From NCBI GenBank assembly GCA_048368115.1, contig DBGBZQ010000071.1, positions 1,138 to 65,137 on the forward strand: DNA of 64,000 bases, read 5' to 3'. The notes under the pieces are model-generated. The model did not search any database. It saw only the letters and a program-made list of their open reading frames with translations, and was not told the DNA's origin. The position numbers and the translations under genes were made by a program. This stretch comes from Collinsella sp. Lineage in GTDB: Bacteria; Actinomycetota; Coriobacteriia; Coriobacteriales; Coriobacteriaceae. This document shows, in pieces, positions 47,469 through 60,100 of the stretch. Numbering within the stretch: the first letter of the stretch is position 1; every line of letters starts with the position of its first letter.

Positions 47469-48338
47469 ATGGATATCGATAACTTTGAATGGTGGTATAG
47501 CGAGGGCGAGGCTCCGGACGAGGAGTGGGACGAGCCCGCGTCACGTGACGTGTCGAGCGACGAGGACGAGACCGGCAACGATGCCGCTGTCGAGCCTGAT
47601 GCCGCCTCCGATGCCGCCGAGCCCCTGACCTTCGAACAAGCTTGGGCCCAGGCCGAGGCAGACGAGGCCAAGGCCGACGCTACGGCCACGCTCGGCGAGC
47701 CAGCCGACATGTCCATCTCGCCGGCAAAGATCCCGCAGCCGCGTCACACCATCGACCCCGACAGCACGGCATCCTTCAGCATTCTCGACGTGCCCGCGCA
47801 AGGCGCCCAGGCGCCTGCGCCCACACATCGCCCCGACCTGGCTCGTGAGGAAGACGCGGGCCGCCGTTCTCCGCTCGGCCCCATCCTCATCGCCTTCATG
47901 GCCGGCGTTATCGCCTGCTCGGCAATCGGTAGCGTTTGGAGCCATGTCGAGCAGCAGCGTCAAGACGCCGCCAAGGTCGAGATGTCTGTCGAGCAATCGC
48001 TCAGCCGCACGCGCTCGGTACATGTGTCGGTTGAGGTCAAGGACGGCGCGACGTGGGACACCGCGCGTGGCGACAGCCAAATGCTCATCCACATCGTGGG
48101 GCGTACGCTCAAAGGGCAGACGATTGACGAGTATCAATACGTCAATTCCGCTGGTGACGGCATCGAGCTCAAGCCCGGCGACTACGAGCTCACCGTCGAC
48201 GAACCGCCCGTCGCCACCGACGGCACGCGCTTCCGCGCCTCAAAGCGCATGGTTCCCGTGAGCTTTAACTCGCAGGCGCCCGATACGGTCGATAGCACTC
48301 CGCAGGGCGGGTTTGACCTTTACGCTATTGCTCAATAA
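47469..48338 (+). CDS. Hypothetical single-pass membrane protein
   Basis: Acidic N-terminus, one TM (PILIAFMAGVIACSAIG), beta-rich C-terminal domain. Confidence 0.7.
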   Translation: MDIDNFEWWYSEGEAPDEEWDEPASRDVSSDEDETGNDAAVEPDAASDAAEPLTFEQAWAQAEADEAKADATATLGEPADMSISPAKIPQPRHTIDPDSTASFSILDVPAQGAQAPAPTHRPDLAREEDAGRRSPLGPILIAFMAGVIACSAIGSVWSHVEQQRQDAAKVEMSVEQSLSRTRSVHVSVEVKDGATWDTARGDSQMLIHIVGRTLKGQTIDEYQYVNSAGDGIELKPGDYELTVDEPPVATDGTRFRASKRMVPVSFNSQAPDTVDSTPQGGFDLYAIAQ

Positions 48339-48417
48339 CTGCGCCTGTCGCTCAACCCCGCCGCCAAGAGTGGGACAATAGCCCTCGGCACTATTGTTTA
48401 CTTTTGGAGGAAGTAGC

Positions 48418-49311
48418 ATGTCTACCGTCACTACCATCAAGCGCGGCAGCCTCACCGCGGCCATCGATTCCATGGGCGCCCAGCTCACGAGCCTTGCCCT
48501 CAACGGCAACGAGTATCTGTGGCAGGGCGACCCCGCCTTTTGGGGCAAGCATGCGCCCATCCTGTTCCCCATTGTGGGCTCGCTGCGCAACAACACGGCG
48601 ACGTCTGCGGCTGGCACCTGCGAGATGCCGCGCCACGGCCTCGCGCGCATCGTCGAGCACAAGCTGGTCGAGGTTTCGGAGGACGGCTCCTCGGTAACGT
48701 ACGAGATCACCGACACGCCCGAGTCGCTCAAGGCCTTTCCGTTCCACTTTAAGCTCAACATGACCTATGCCCTGACTGGTGACGCCACACTTACCCAGAC
48801 CTTTGCCGTCACCAATACCGGCGACGTGGACCTGCCGTTCTCGGTGGGCGGCCACCCCGCATTTAACGTACCTGCTCCCTGTGCCGAGGACGAGGCATTC
48901 GAGGATTACGAGCTGGCGTTTACCGAGGCTTGGACTAATGAGGCTCCCATCATCACGCCCGACGGTCTTATGACGTTCGAGGGTAGTTACAAGGCTCCCG
49001 ATAACTCGGACGTGCTGCCCATCACGCACCGCAGCTTCGATAACGACGCCATCATGTTCACCGATACCCCGGGCTCCACGCTCACACTGCGCGGCCGCAA
49101 GTCGGGCCACGGCGTCAAGATCGACTTTGAGGGCTTTAAGTACATCGGCGTGTGGTCTGCCGCCAACGACGCTCCGTTTGTGGCGCTCGAGCCCTGGACC
49201 GGTCACACCACCATGGACACCGAGGACGACGTCTTTGAGCACAAGGTCAACACCATCACCTTGGCTCCCGGCGCTACCGATAAACGTAGCTTTAGCGTCA
49301 CCTTGCTCTAG
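48418..49311 (+). CDS. Aldose 1-epimerase family protein (LacX-like)
   Basis: EYLWQGD..FW..HAPILFP, RHGLAR, GGHPAF, ALEPW. Confidence 0.88.
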   Translation: MSTVTTIKRGSLTAAIDSMGAQLTSLALNGNEYLWQGDPAFWGKHAPILFPIVGSLRNNTATSAAGTCEMPRHGLARIVEHKLVEVSEDGSSVTYEITDTPESLKAFPFHFKLNMTYALTGDATLTQTFAVTNTGDVDLPFSVGGHPAFNVPAPCAEDEAFEDYELAFTEAWTNEAPIITPDGLMTFEGSYKAPDNSDVLPITHRSFDNDAIMFTDTPGSTLTLRGRKSGHGVKIDFEGFKYIGVWSAANDAPFVALEPWTGHTTMDTEDDVFEHKVNTITLAPGATDKRSFSVTLL

Positions 49312-49430
49312 AGGTTCCGCCGTTCTGACGAACGGCGGGCCGGTCGACGCTGCGCGCCACCCAGAGCGACAATTTGTCATTCAAAAGGCAAGGCATGACC
49401 AGAAGGTTTATGCCTTGCCTTTTTCATGCC

Positions 49431-49486
49431 TAGTCGTTGGGGACGTTCTTGTTTGACTAGTCGTTTAAGAACGTCCCCAACGACTA
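49431..49486. repeat. REP-like palindrome family C, copy 2
   Basis: Two differences, both in the loop, from 37964-38019. Confidence 0.85.
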
Positions 49487-49605
49487 CCAATCGTTTTCAG
49501 TTCGTAAACTTGTATATATGCATCTTATATATGCATCTGCTGGAAGTAACGCTGAGCGGTATCCTGTTAAGTCGTCAGCATACGATTCAACAGGGAAGGC
49601 AGATT

Positions 49606-50532
49606 ATGCATTCTCCCCATCAGCGCGACGCGCATCCACAGCCGGTGTGCAGCCGTCGCATCTTCTTGGGTAGCGCTCTCGCTGCGAGCGCTTCCGTCGT
49701 CGCCGGCGCACTTGCCGGTTGCCAGCGCCCCTCCACGCTGGAAGTAGTTCAGCCCACGACGGGCGGCGGTCGCGACGATCTGTCCGATTCCGTGATCGGC
49801 AAGGACAAGATCCGCATTGGCATGGAGGCGGCCTACGCCCCGTACAACTGGCAGGTTTCCGAAGCCAGTGAGTACACTATCCCCATCGACAACGTGCAGG
49901 GCGCCTATGCCGATGGCTACGACGTGCAGATCGCCAAGATCGTCTGCAAGGCCCTCGGTGGCGAGCCCGTTGCCGTCAAGCAGAGCTTTTCGGGCCTTAT
50001 CGACTCGCTCAACAACGGCCAGATCGACCTCATCATCGCCGGTATGAGCGCCACGCCCGAGCGCGAGGAGTCGGTCGGCTTCTCCGACCCGTACTTTATT
50101 GGCTACTTTGGCCTGTTCGTAAAAGAGGGTTCCCCCTACCAAAACGCCACCAAGCTCAGCGACTTTAGCGGTGCCACGGTACTCGGCCAAAAGGACACCA
50201 TGCTCGACACCGTCATCGACGAGATTCCGGGCGTTGTGCACAAGAACCCGGTCGACTCCGTCCCCACGGTGTTCTCGAATCTGCTGCAGGGCACGTGCGA
50301 CGCCGTGACTTACAACACCGAGAACGAGAAGGGCTATATGGCCCAAAACCCGGGTATCGTCCCTATTCATTTTGCCGAGGGCGAGGGCTTTAAGCAGGAG
50401 GTCGCGGCAAACGTCGGCTGCCGCAAGGGCTCGGACAAACTGCTTAAACTCATCGACAAGACACTCAAGGGCATTAGCCAAGAGGAACGCGACCAAATGT
50501 GGGACGCGTGCCTCGACCGCCAGCCGGCATAG
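49606..50532 (+). CDS. Polar amino-acid ABC transporter substrate-binding lipoprotein
   Basis: SRRIFL and LAGC, GMEAAYAPYNW, GYDVQIA, AGMSATPER, FSDPY. Confidence 0.88.
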   Translation: MHSPHQRDAHPQPVCSRRIFLGSALAASASVVAGALAGCQRPSTLEVVQPTTGGGRDDLSDSVIGKDKIRIGMEAAYAPYNWQVSEASEYTIPIDNVQGAYADGYDVQIAKIVCKALGGEPVAVKQSFSGLIDSLNNGQIDLIIAGMSATPEREESVGFSDPYFIGYFGLFVKEGSPYQNATKLSDFSGATVLGQKDTMLDTVIDEIPGVVHKNPVDSVPTVFSNLLQGTCDAVTYNTENEKGYMAQNPGIVPIHFAEGEGFKQEVAANVGCRKGSDKLLKLIDKTLKGISQEERDQMWDACLDRQPA

Positions 50533-50541
50533 GGAGGCAGC

Positions 50542-51690
50542 ATGAAAACCATCAATCGTCTGGCCTCCTTTATCAAGGCCGACCACCGTTATGTGTACCT
50601 GGGCACGAGTGTCATCGCGGCGCTTGGCCTGGCGTTTAGCCAGCGCAACCCCACGCCGCTGAGCTTCTTGGCGCCCACCGGTATCTTCCAGGATTGCCTT
50701 TGGGCGGTTCTTTGGGCCTGGATTGTCGTGTCGGCGGCGGCGCTGGTCACCAAGCTTATGCACTGGAGCGACTATCGCGTAAAGTCGCCGTTCGCCTCCG
50801 AGCGTTTCCGCCGCGGCGCGCGCCTGGGTAGCTATGTTGTGGTCGCCATCGCAGCGATCTTTTTCGTGGACCGCTGCATCATGTCGTTTATCGACCTGGT
50901 GCAGGTGAGCATTGTCTCGGATTCCAACCCCAGCGACTTTTTGTCGAGCCTGGTCTACATGACCTACAAGAGCGGCGACTTCTTCATCCGCGGCATCGAG
51001 ATCACCATCGCGCTTGCCACCTTCGGCACCGTCATCGCATTCTTCCTGGCGCTGCTCTTTGTGTTCCTGCGTATTCAGACCTTCGACCGCGTGGACAACG
51101 ACCTGGTGCGCTTCTTTAAGAGTATCGGCCGCGGCTTTGCGACCATCTATTCCACCATCGTGCGCGGTACGCCCATGATGGTCCAGGGCCTACTCATCTA
51201 TTACGCGGGCTTCACCGTTTTGCGCGGCATGGGCTTCGAGACCGCCCAGGCCAACCAGATCTGGAGTACCTTCACCGCCGGCCTCGTCACCATCTCGCTC
51301 AACTCCACCGCCTACATGATGGAGGTCCTGCGCGGCGGCATCGAGTCCATCGATCCCGGCCAAGCCGAGGCGGCGCGATCGCTGGGCCTGTCGCAGTGGC
51401 AGGCCATGCGCAAAGTCGTGTTCCCCCAGGGCATTAAAAATGCGATTCCGGCGCTCACCAACGAGCTCATCATCAACATCAAGGATTCGTCGGTGCTCTC
51501 GGTCATCGGCGTGTTCGACCTTATGTACGCTACTACCACGGTCGCCGGCGTGTACTACCGCCAGATGGAGGTCTACTGCGTGGCGCTCGTGGTCTACCTG
51601 ATCCTGACGCTCGTGGCGAGCCGCCTGCTCGAAGCCTTTGGCAAAAAGCTCGGTGCCGAGGCTCCGGCCACGCTGCCCAGCTCTAACTAG
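50542..51690 (+). CDS. Amino-acid ABC transporter permease with an N-terminal extension
   Basis: [36 protein letters not shown]. Confidence 0.88.
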   Translation: MKTINRLASFIKADHRYVYLGTSVIAALGLAFSQRNPTPLSFLAPTGIFQDCLWAVLWAWIVVSAAALVTKLMHWSDYRVKSPFASERFRRGARLGSYVVVAIAAIFFVDRCIMSFIDLVQVSIVSDSNPSDFLSSLVYMTYKSGDFFIRGIEITIALATFGTVIAFFLALLFVFLRIQTFDRVDNDLVRFFKSIGRGFATIYSTIVRGTPMMVQGLLIYYAGFTVLRGMGFETAQANQIWSTFTAGLVTISLNSTAYMMEVLRGGIESIDPGQAEAARSLGLSQWQAMRKVVFPQGIKNAIPALTNELIINIKDSSVLSVIGVFDLMYATTTVAGVYYRQMEVYCVALVVYLILTLVASRLLEAFGKKLGAEAPATLPSSN

Positions 51691-51712
51691 GCTTAAGACG
51701 AGGAGAATCATC

Positions 51713-52498
51713 ATGGCAGATACCGCCACTACCGGCGTTGCGGCCGCCGCACAGACCAATGAGCCGCTCATCCGCGTCGAGGGCCTGCGCAAGAGCTTCG
51801 GCTCGCTCGAGGTACTCAAGGGCATCGACCTGTCCGTTAACCCCGGCGAGGTCGTCACCATTATCGGCGCCTCGGGCTCGGGCAAGTCGACCTTCCTGCG
51901 CTGCCTCAATCTGCTCGAGACCCCGGACGCGGGCCACATCTGGTTCCACGGCCAGGACCTTACGGCCGAGCGCTGCAATATCAATAAACTCCGCGAGGAC
52001 ATCGGCATGGTGTTCCAGGGCTTTAACTTGTTCAACAACATGGATGTGCTCGACAACTGCACGCTCGCGCCCGTCACGCTCAAAAAGATGAGCAAGGCCG
52101 AGGCCGAGAAGGTCGCGATGGAGCACCTGACCAGCGTGGGACTCGAGAAGTTCGCGCACGCCGCCGTGGGCCGCCTGTCCGGTGGTCAAAAACAGCGCGT
52201 GGCCATCGCTCGTGCCCTGTGCATGAATCCGCAGATCATGCTGTTCGACGAGCCGACCTCCGCGCTCGACCCCGAGATCGTGGGAGAAGTGCTCGAGGTC
52301 ATGCGCAAGCTCGCTGCCGCAGGCATGACCATGGTCGTCGTCACGCACGAGATGGCTTTTGCCCGCACGGTGTCCGACCGCGTGGTCTTTATGGACAAGG
52401 GCGTGGTGCTCGAGGACGCCGCGCCGGCCGAGCTCTTCGGCAACCCCAAGCACCAGCGCACTCGTGAGTTCCTCTCGCGTTATCTCGAGGACAAATAA
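51713..52498 (+). CDS. Amino-acid ABC transporter ATP-binding protein
   Basis: [32 protein letters not shown]. Confidence 0.92.
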   Translation: MADTATTGVAAAAQTNEPLIRVEGLRKSFGSLEVLKGIDLSVNPGEVVTIIGASGSGKSTFLRCLNLLETPDAGHIWFHGQDLTAERCNINKLREDIGMVFQGFNLFNNMDVLDNCTLAPVTLKKMSKAEAEKVAMEHLTSVGLEKFAHAAVGRLSGGQKQRVAIARALCMNPQIMLFDEPTSALDPEIVGEVLEVMRKLAAAGMTMVVVTHEMAFARTVSDRVVFMDKGVVLEDAAPAELFGNPKHQRTREFLSRYLEDK

Positions 52499-52570
52499 CC
52501 GACCGCAAACGCTTATGTGGCAGGGCCGCTCCGGTGGGGCGGCCCTCGTCATCACAATCGAAAGGATGTC

Positions 52571-53986
52571 ATGGCCGAGGTTTGGCGCTTCTTTGCGCAT
52601 GAGGATGATTTTGCCGATATAGACGAGGCTGGCGCGTGCGAGCGCTTGGGTCGCGTGCTGTCGTTTCCGACCATCTCGAGTATGGATGCCGAGGCGGTGG
52701 ACTGGCAGCCGTTCGACGACCTGCGCTCGTATATGCAGCAGGCTTGGCCGCACGTATTTACGGCGGGTAAGGTCGAGCTTATCGACCATTCGCTATTGGT
52801 GACGCTTGGCGGTTCCGACTCTGCCCTCAAGCCCATTATGCTCATGGGCCACATGGACGTGGTTCCCGTGGTACCCGGCACCGAGGCTGACTGGACGCAT
52901 GCCCCCTTTAGCGGACATGTGGACGACACCTACATTTGGGGTCGCGGCGCCATCGATATGAAAGACCAGGTCGCAGGCATTCTCGAGGCGGTTGAGTATG
53001 CGCTCGCGCACGGCTGGGAGCACAAGCGTACCCTGCTGCTCGCCTTTGGCCAGGACGAGGAAACCACGCAGTGCGGCGCAGGCGCCATCGGACGCGCGCT
53101 CGAGGAGCGCGGCATTGAGCTTGAGTACCTGATCGACGAGGGTGACTACCGTATTGTTTCGGCTGCCGAGTATGGCGCGGGCGAGGGCTGGCTTATGCAT
53201 GCCGACCTCGCGGAGAAGGGCTACGCCGATATCGTACTCAAGACGAAGAGTGAGGGCGGGCATTCGTCCAACCCTTACGGCGGCACATCGCTCGAGGTGC
53301 TCAGCCGTGCCATCACCGCAATCTGCGATATCGAGTGGCCGACGCGCGTGACCGACTTGCTTGCCGCCCAGCTCGTCGAGTTGGGGCTCTACACGGCCGA
53401 CGAGATTGCCTCCAACAAGGACACCATCGTGCGCGAGTGCCTCGCCAGCAAGAAGCTCTACCCGCTCGTGACGACCACCTGCGCGCCCACGCAGATCGAG
53501 GGCGGCAGCACCGGAGCCAACGTAATGCCGCAGGATATGTGGGCTAATATCAACTTCCGCATGCTCGAGGGCACGAGCGTGGCCGACGTTGTGGCGCGCT
53601 GCCGTGATGCGGTTGCCGGGGCGGACCTTGCCGGTCGTGTCGAAGTGGAGCTGGGTCCCGGCAGCTCCGAACCCTCGCCGTCCCCGCGCATCGGTGGTCC
53701 CGGTCTCGAGGTGGTTCGCTCCATCGCCGCCTGCTATTTCCGTGATCCAAAGGGGACGGAGGAAAACGGATCATTCGAGCCAGTGGCAATTGTGCCCTCG
53801 ACCGTGATCGGCGCGACCGACGCTGCCAACTACCAGCGCATTTGCCACGAGTGCATCCGCTTCTCCGCCTTTGTGGTCGACGATGACGAATGCGACCGCG
53901 GCGTCCACGGCACCAACGAGCGCATCACCCGTCGCGCCTACCTCCAAGGCATCCGCTTCCTCATCGCCCTGCTCCACACGCTCTAG
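52571..53986 (+). CDS. M20 family metallopeptidase/amidohydrolase
   Basis: GHMDVVP, WGRGAIDMK, DEE, DEG, GGHSS, HGTNER. Confidence 0.88.
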   Translation: MAEVWRFFAHEDDFADIDEAGACERLGRVLSFPTISSMDAEAVDWQPFDDLRSYMQQAWPHVFTAGKVELIDHSLLVTLGGSDSALKPIMLMGHMDVVPVVPGTEADWTHAPFSGHVDDTYIWGRGAIDMKDQVAGILEAVEYALAHGWEHKRTLLLAFGQDEETTQCGAGAIGRALEERGIELEYLIDEGDYRIVSAAEYGAGEGWLMHADLAEKGYADIVLKTKSEGGHSSNPYGGTSLEVLSRAITAICDIEWPTRVTDLLAAQLVELGLYTADEIASNKDTIVRECLASKKLYPLVTTTCAPTQIEGGSTGANVMPQDMWANINFRMLEGTSVADVVARCRDAVAGADLAGRVEVELGPGSSEPSPSPRIGGPGLEVVRSIAACYFRDPKGTEENGSFEPVAIVPSTVIGATDAANYQRICHECIRFSAFVVDDDECDRGVHGTNERITRRAYLQGIRFLIALLHTL

Positions 53987-54174
53987 CATGCGACAAAGGG
54001 ACTGAGCCGATTTCATCGGTAATGAGACAAAAACTGTCATAGAATAAGACTAAGATATCTTAAGAGACATATGCTGGGGTTGGTATTTCTTGAACGACTG
54101 CGGGCGTGTGCCAGACTGCCTCGGCCCCCCGGGGGGGTGCCCAGGCGGGTCGCCGTGTGACGGGGAGGGAAATT

Positions 54175-57100
54175 ATGCAGGAGCTCAGAGAGGCGACGTC
54201 TCTACTCATGAATATGGTTACCGGGGGGGGGTGTCCCAGCAGGGAACTTCTTGGTGGACATCGGCCGCGCGAGCGGTGGTCCGTCATGTCTTGTGGCCGT
54301 CGTCGCGGGCTGTGCCCGGTCTCGCCATATGCGATTGTTCTGGCCCTCGCCATCGCGCTGACGGCGAGTTTCTTCCTGCCGCTTCGTGCCGAGGCGGTAA
54401 TTTCGGACCACACGGTTCCGACGATTTCGCCTTCGGGGACAACAATCAACCTGTTTGATTACTGGGTGAATCCCGATGACCATCTGTCGGTTTCCGGCAA
54501 CGGCGGCATCAACGCAAACCACCTGTTCCAGTTCAAGGATCAAGGAGCCAGCGAGGATCTTAACAAGTATACGGGTGGCTCCCAGGTCCGCACCGGCATC
54601 GTGAACAACGTTCTTGCCGGTGGTTACCCGAGACTCACCGACCGCTGGAAGGGAGAATCCCTCGGCTACCTGTTTGATTCCTCCGTCCATACGGGCAAGA
54701 TATCCCATATGGGTGTGACGGGTTTGTTGCGGGTCAAGGGCGGCTACTACGAGTATGACAGCTCGCAGAACTACGCGGCGTACAACGCCAATAAGAATGC
54801 ATTTGATGTCTACAATGCTGCCGGCGTTAAGCAAGCGGGGTCTGGGCCTCAGACAGTAGGCCAGTTCTTCCCCTTCGATGCGGCCGATGAGGTATTCAAG
54901 GAAGAGGACGGCAAACTCGTCCCGAACGGCATTACGTCGCAGAACGTCGCTGACCCTCAATATAACGGTAACAAACCCCTCAACCATTATTTCGGCCTCT
55001 CAATGTCCACGCGATTCGTGCAGCCGAAGGATGGCAAAACGAACGCTGGCAAGCCCATGACCTTCGAGTTCGCCGGAGACGACGACGTCTGGGTGTTCAT
55101 TGATGATGTCCTCGTGGGCGACATTGGCGGCATCCACGCCAGTGCTAAGCTGACCATCGACTTCCAAACGGGCGAGATTAAGGTTAACGATTCCCTAGAC
55201 GGCACGCTGTTAAACAAGTTCCAGGAAGCAAAGCAGGATACTACTAAGGGCTTCAAAGGCTACACCTTCGCTGACGGCACCAACCACACGCTCAAGTTCT
55301 TCTACTTGGAGCGTGGCGCCACCGACTCCAACATGAAGCTCAAGTACAACCTCGTGACGGTTCCCGAGTCCGACATCATCAAGTTCGACCAGGACGGCAA
55401 GTTCGTACAGGGTGCCAAGTTCCAGCTCTATAAGACCGACAAGGACTTCAAGAACGAGCTTGAGCCCCTCGGATCCGGCACCACGGACGAGGCCGGCCAC
55501 CTAACGCTCACGAACGACGATGACAACGGCGTCATCAACTTCGACGATCTCTACAACAAGGATCACAGCAACAAGTACTACCTCCTGAAGGAGACGCACG
55601 TGCCCGAGGGATACCGCTCGAGTCTCACGGCGACGGGTGGCAGCATGCAGCTCGAGTACGTGCCCGCGAGCGCCGGGAACGGCGCGGGCGGCGTCATCAT
55701 CAACCGCGGCGGTATGGACGCGGACAGCGTCGTGTGGAAGACCGGCGCGTTCGCCGGCGCGAAGGAGACCATCACCGCGCCGTCGACCGTGTACCAGGCG
55801 AATAATGACCTGACGAAGGTCAGCCTAGACTCCGGCATACTGTTCGCTGTGGTGCTCAAGCGCGATAAAAACGCAAACGCAGATATCAAAGATCAGAACA
55901 ATTGGTACGCCGTGTCGGGCGACCCATCGACGGGAATGGGGTACACCCTCGCCGGGAAGCCGAGTAAGGCCGGCGCTATCGAGGCGGCGAAGAAGGACCT
56001 GCACGCCTTTACGCTCAACACGAGCGGCCAGTACCAGGTAGAGATTCAAAATCTGCCCGGTGACATCTCCAAGTACTACTACCTGCTGAGCGGTGATGCC
56101 CGCAAGGATGCCGAGTACACGGTGGCCATCTACTACACAGCGGCGAGCTCCATCGCCGAGGCGGATATGGACAACACGGTCCACGTGTTCAGCGATGACC
56201 TCCCCGACGGCAAGGAGAATTTCCGGCGGCAGTTCGCCACGCGCCTGCTCGTCTCGAACATCCAGAATCGCCTGTTCGTGCAGAAGACCGATACCGCGGG
56301 TAAGCCCGTTGAGGGGGCGAAGTTCGGCCTGTACACGGCCGATCAGGTGACAACAGAGGCAAACGGCAAGGTCGTGCTCAAGGGCGAGCAGACCCCCTAC
56401 GACACCCTGACGACGGGGTCGGTCGGCAACCCGGTCCTGCTCGAAGGTGCGGGCATATTCCCGAATACGAGCAAGGAGCACAAGCCGCTTACGAAACGCA
56501 CCTACTACCTGAAGGAAATCTCAGCGCCGAGCGGTTTCCTGCTCAACGACACGCTCACCAAAGTGATTGTGGACGATTACGGCGTCCATGCCGATGCCGG
56601 TACGCGCGATGACGGCGTTTCGACGTTTGTGGGCCCGGGCACGCTGATGAAGAGCCTGAGCCAGTTTGGCGCAGAGGGCGACATCGACAACACGCTCACG
56701 TGGATCAAGGGTGTGCGGCAGACCTCGAATGGTGTGACCGATACTGACGGTAATCTGTCGTGGAGCAATGTCGATCCCGCCGGTGCCGGCGACACGGTGC
56801 ACCTCAAGTACGGTGCCAACGGACGTGTCTACCAGTATGGGCCCACCGAGGAGGGCAAACCCTACCGCCTGGAGACCGAGACGGGCTGGATACGTATGGG
56901 TATCACCCAGGACGAGCAGCCCAAGGGGACCAAGTCGAAAGGTGCCCGTGCCGATCTGCGCGACATGAACAACCTGAATGCCCTGTTTACGGGCGCCACC
57001 TGCGTGCGCGTGGCTAACAAGCGCGAGGCGAGCCTCGAGGTGACGAAGAAGGTTGACGTGCCCGATGGACTGACGGGCAATAAGGATGCGGAGTTCACCT

Positions 57101-60100
57101 TCAAGTTCACCGTGCCCAAGGGGAAGACGTATAAGGCTGCAGTCTTCGAGAAGGCGGGCGCGGCCGATGAGAAGCAGGTCGGCGATATGTTCGACCTGAC
57201 GAACGGACGCGAGCAGACCATCACGGCCGGCCAGACGATCCGCGTGTACGGTCTCGCCGAGGGTGACAAGTATACGGTTCAGGAGCTGACCCGCGCGGGC
57301 AAGATGCCGGCCGGCTTCACGCTGACCAAGCGCGAGCAGGGCGGCAACGCCCTGGGCGGCGAGGGCGACAGCATCTCCGGCACGATCGCGAAACAGAATG
57401 CCGACGGCACGTTGGCCGAAGCCAACAAGCTGGTGTTCACAAACACCTACAGCGTAAAGTCGCCGGTGACGCTCACCAATGCGTTCTGGGCGCAGAAGGT
57501 GCTCCAGGGCCGTGACTGGAAAGATGGCGATAGCTTCAAGATTTACCTGCGCGCGGACAAGGGCACGCCGATGCCCGACGGTGCCGAGAATGCACCCGTG
57601 AGTGGTATGAAGCAGGTTGTGAAGACTGTTGAGAACGGGGACAAGTTCGACTTCGGCGAGATTGAGTACACCAAGCCCGGCACCTACACCTATCTCATCG
57701 CCGAGGCCACGCCGTCTCAAAACGACGCTAGCTGGCTGCCCGGGTTCGGGTATTCAAGCGCTTCCTACCGCGTCACGGTGACGGTGAAGGATAGCGGCGA
57801 CGGCACGCTGTCGCAGCCGGCAGTCAAGATGGAGCAGACCTACACCGACGACGGCGTGAGCCATGAGGACAGCCCGATCGAGGTCGCTGACAAAATCGCC
57901 AAGATCACGAACGCCTATAACACCGATGAGGAGACCATCTCCTTCAACGTGCAGAAGACGTATGCCGACCAGTCCGGTGCAAATCCGCTTGTGAAGGATA
58001 AGTTCACGTTCCAGCTCGAGGCACTCGGCGGGATGAAGAATGATGCCGTGCCGAGTGGAGCCATCGATTTCGGCAAGCTCGCCACCTCCTACAGCGTCGG
58101 TGCCAGCAAGGTCCCCATGCCTAAGGGGTGCACGTCCACCACGACCACGGCGAAGAACGATGACGACGGTATCGCTGCGTTCCCGCAGATCACCTATACG
58201 ATGGAGAGCGAGAACCTCACCTACGTGTACAAGGTGACCGAGGTCAAGGATTCCGATACATCGACGTCCAGTGGCATGGGCTACGACGATACGGTGTACT
58301 ACGTGCTGGTGAAGAACCAGCAGGTTGATAACGAGTCTGGGACGGGTAAGTGCCTGTCCTCCACGGTCACGTATTGGAAGGCCGACGGCACGCAGCTGAC
58401 GGACGCCAACGGATACATCCCGTTCAAGAACACCTACACGGTGGCCCAGGCGATGTCGGCACCGGTTACTGTGCAGAAGACGCTGGCTGGGCGTGCGTGG
58501 GAGCAGGATGACAAGTTCGATTTCACGCTGACGCCGGCGGATGACGCTACGATGAAAGCGGTTAAAAACAAGGTCGTTACTCAGAAGAAGGCTGCCGACT
58601 CCGATGAGACTGGCGATTTGACGACTAAGGTCGAGATCGCAGGTCCCGGCGACGCGATGCGCACCACCCCGTTCGGCACGGGCGACCTTGTGTTTACCAA
58701 GCCGGGCGTGTATACGTTCAAAGTGAACGAGACGAGGCCGACCGACGCGGACAAGACCGGCATCAGCTATGATGGCCATACGTCCACGGTGACGTACACA
58801 GTGACCGATATCGAGAACGGCACGCATACCGGTAAGCTGACCGCGTCGGTTGCGTACGACAACAAGCAGGCGACGACGGATGCCGATCGGCAGGTGACGG
58901 GCGCTGCCGCGTTTACCAACACCTATACGGCCTCCGGTATCTACGCGGGCATCGATGTGACCAAGACTCTGGTCGGTACCCCGCTGGGGAATGGCATGTT
59001 CCCGTTCACCATCGAGGCGATGACGTATAACGGCACGAAGGCCCCGGAGCCGGCTGATACCGATAAGTCGTTCACGAATACCGTGGGCAAGGATGACGGT
59101 GACGATACGCAGACCGCCACGATGTCCGGTAAGCTGAAGATGAACTTCACGCAGCTGAGCTACAACAAGATGTACGTGTACAAGGTGTCTGAGGTGCATG
59201 GCGCCAACGCTGATGGATACACGTATGACACCGAGTACCCCGGTGACGCCTACGTGCTCATTGCGGTGAAGCCGAATCCGGACAACAAAGGCCAGCTCTA
59301 CACCGAGACGACCATCGTGAAGGGCCCAGACGTGACGGCGCTCGTTGGCGAGAACGACAACGTTGATGCGCTGACGGCCGAGGCGATTAAGGGCCTCGAT
59401 ACCACGACCAACTACGTGCAGACGGTCTCGAGTCGCGATGCGAAGCCCGCTACGCCTATCGTCCCGTTTAAGAACGAGTACAAGGTCGAGACGGTTGAGT
59501 ACGGTGCGAAGGCCGGTCTGCAGATTGAGAAGAAATTCACCGGCACCGGTGATGTGAGCAGCACATTCAGCTTTACGGTGACGCCCGAGGACTATCAGGC
59601 CGAGGGTCTGGATGGCACGAAGTTCATCCTGACCTCCGCCGACGCCGCGGCGAAGAAGCTCGGCATCACGGGTGGGACGAAGACAGTCAAGATTCCCGAG
59701 ATGAAGCTTGGGGACACCAAGACCGTGAGCCTGCTGCCGAAGGGCTTGCAGTTCACACATGACGACGTGAACAATGAATACGGCGCCAACGTCTACCAAT
59801 ACAGGGTGGAAGAGAACGTGCCGAAGTCCGTTCCCGCCGGCTACACCTACGACAAGGCGGCCTACACCATCGAGATCGCGGTGTTCGACAACGGCGACGG
59901 TACGCTGAAAATCGAGACGACAGTTCTGAACAGTGATGGCGAGAAGGTCGATTATCGTGAGTTTGCGCCCAACGGAACGCTCGAGGGCAACACGGCAACC
60001 ATCCCGTTCAAGAACAGCTACAAGACGACTGTCAGCGATAAGCTGACCCCGCAGGTGACGAAGAAGATCTCCGGTGTTGCGAGCACGGAGAAGGCGTTCT

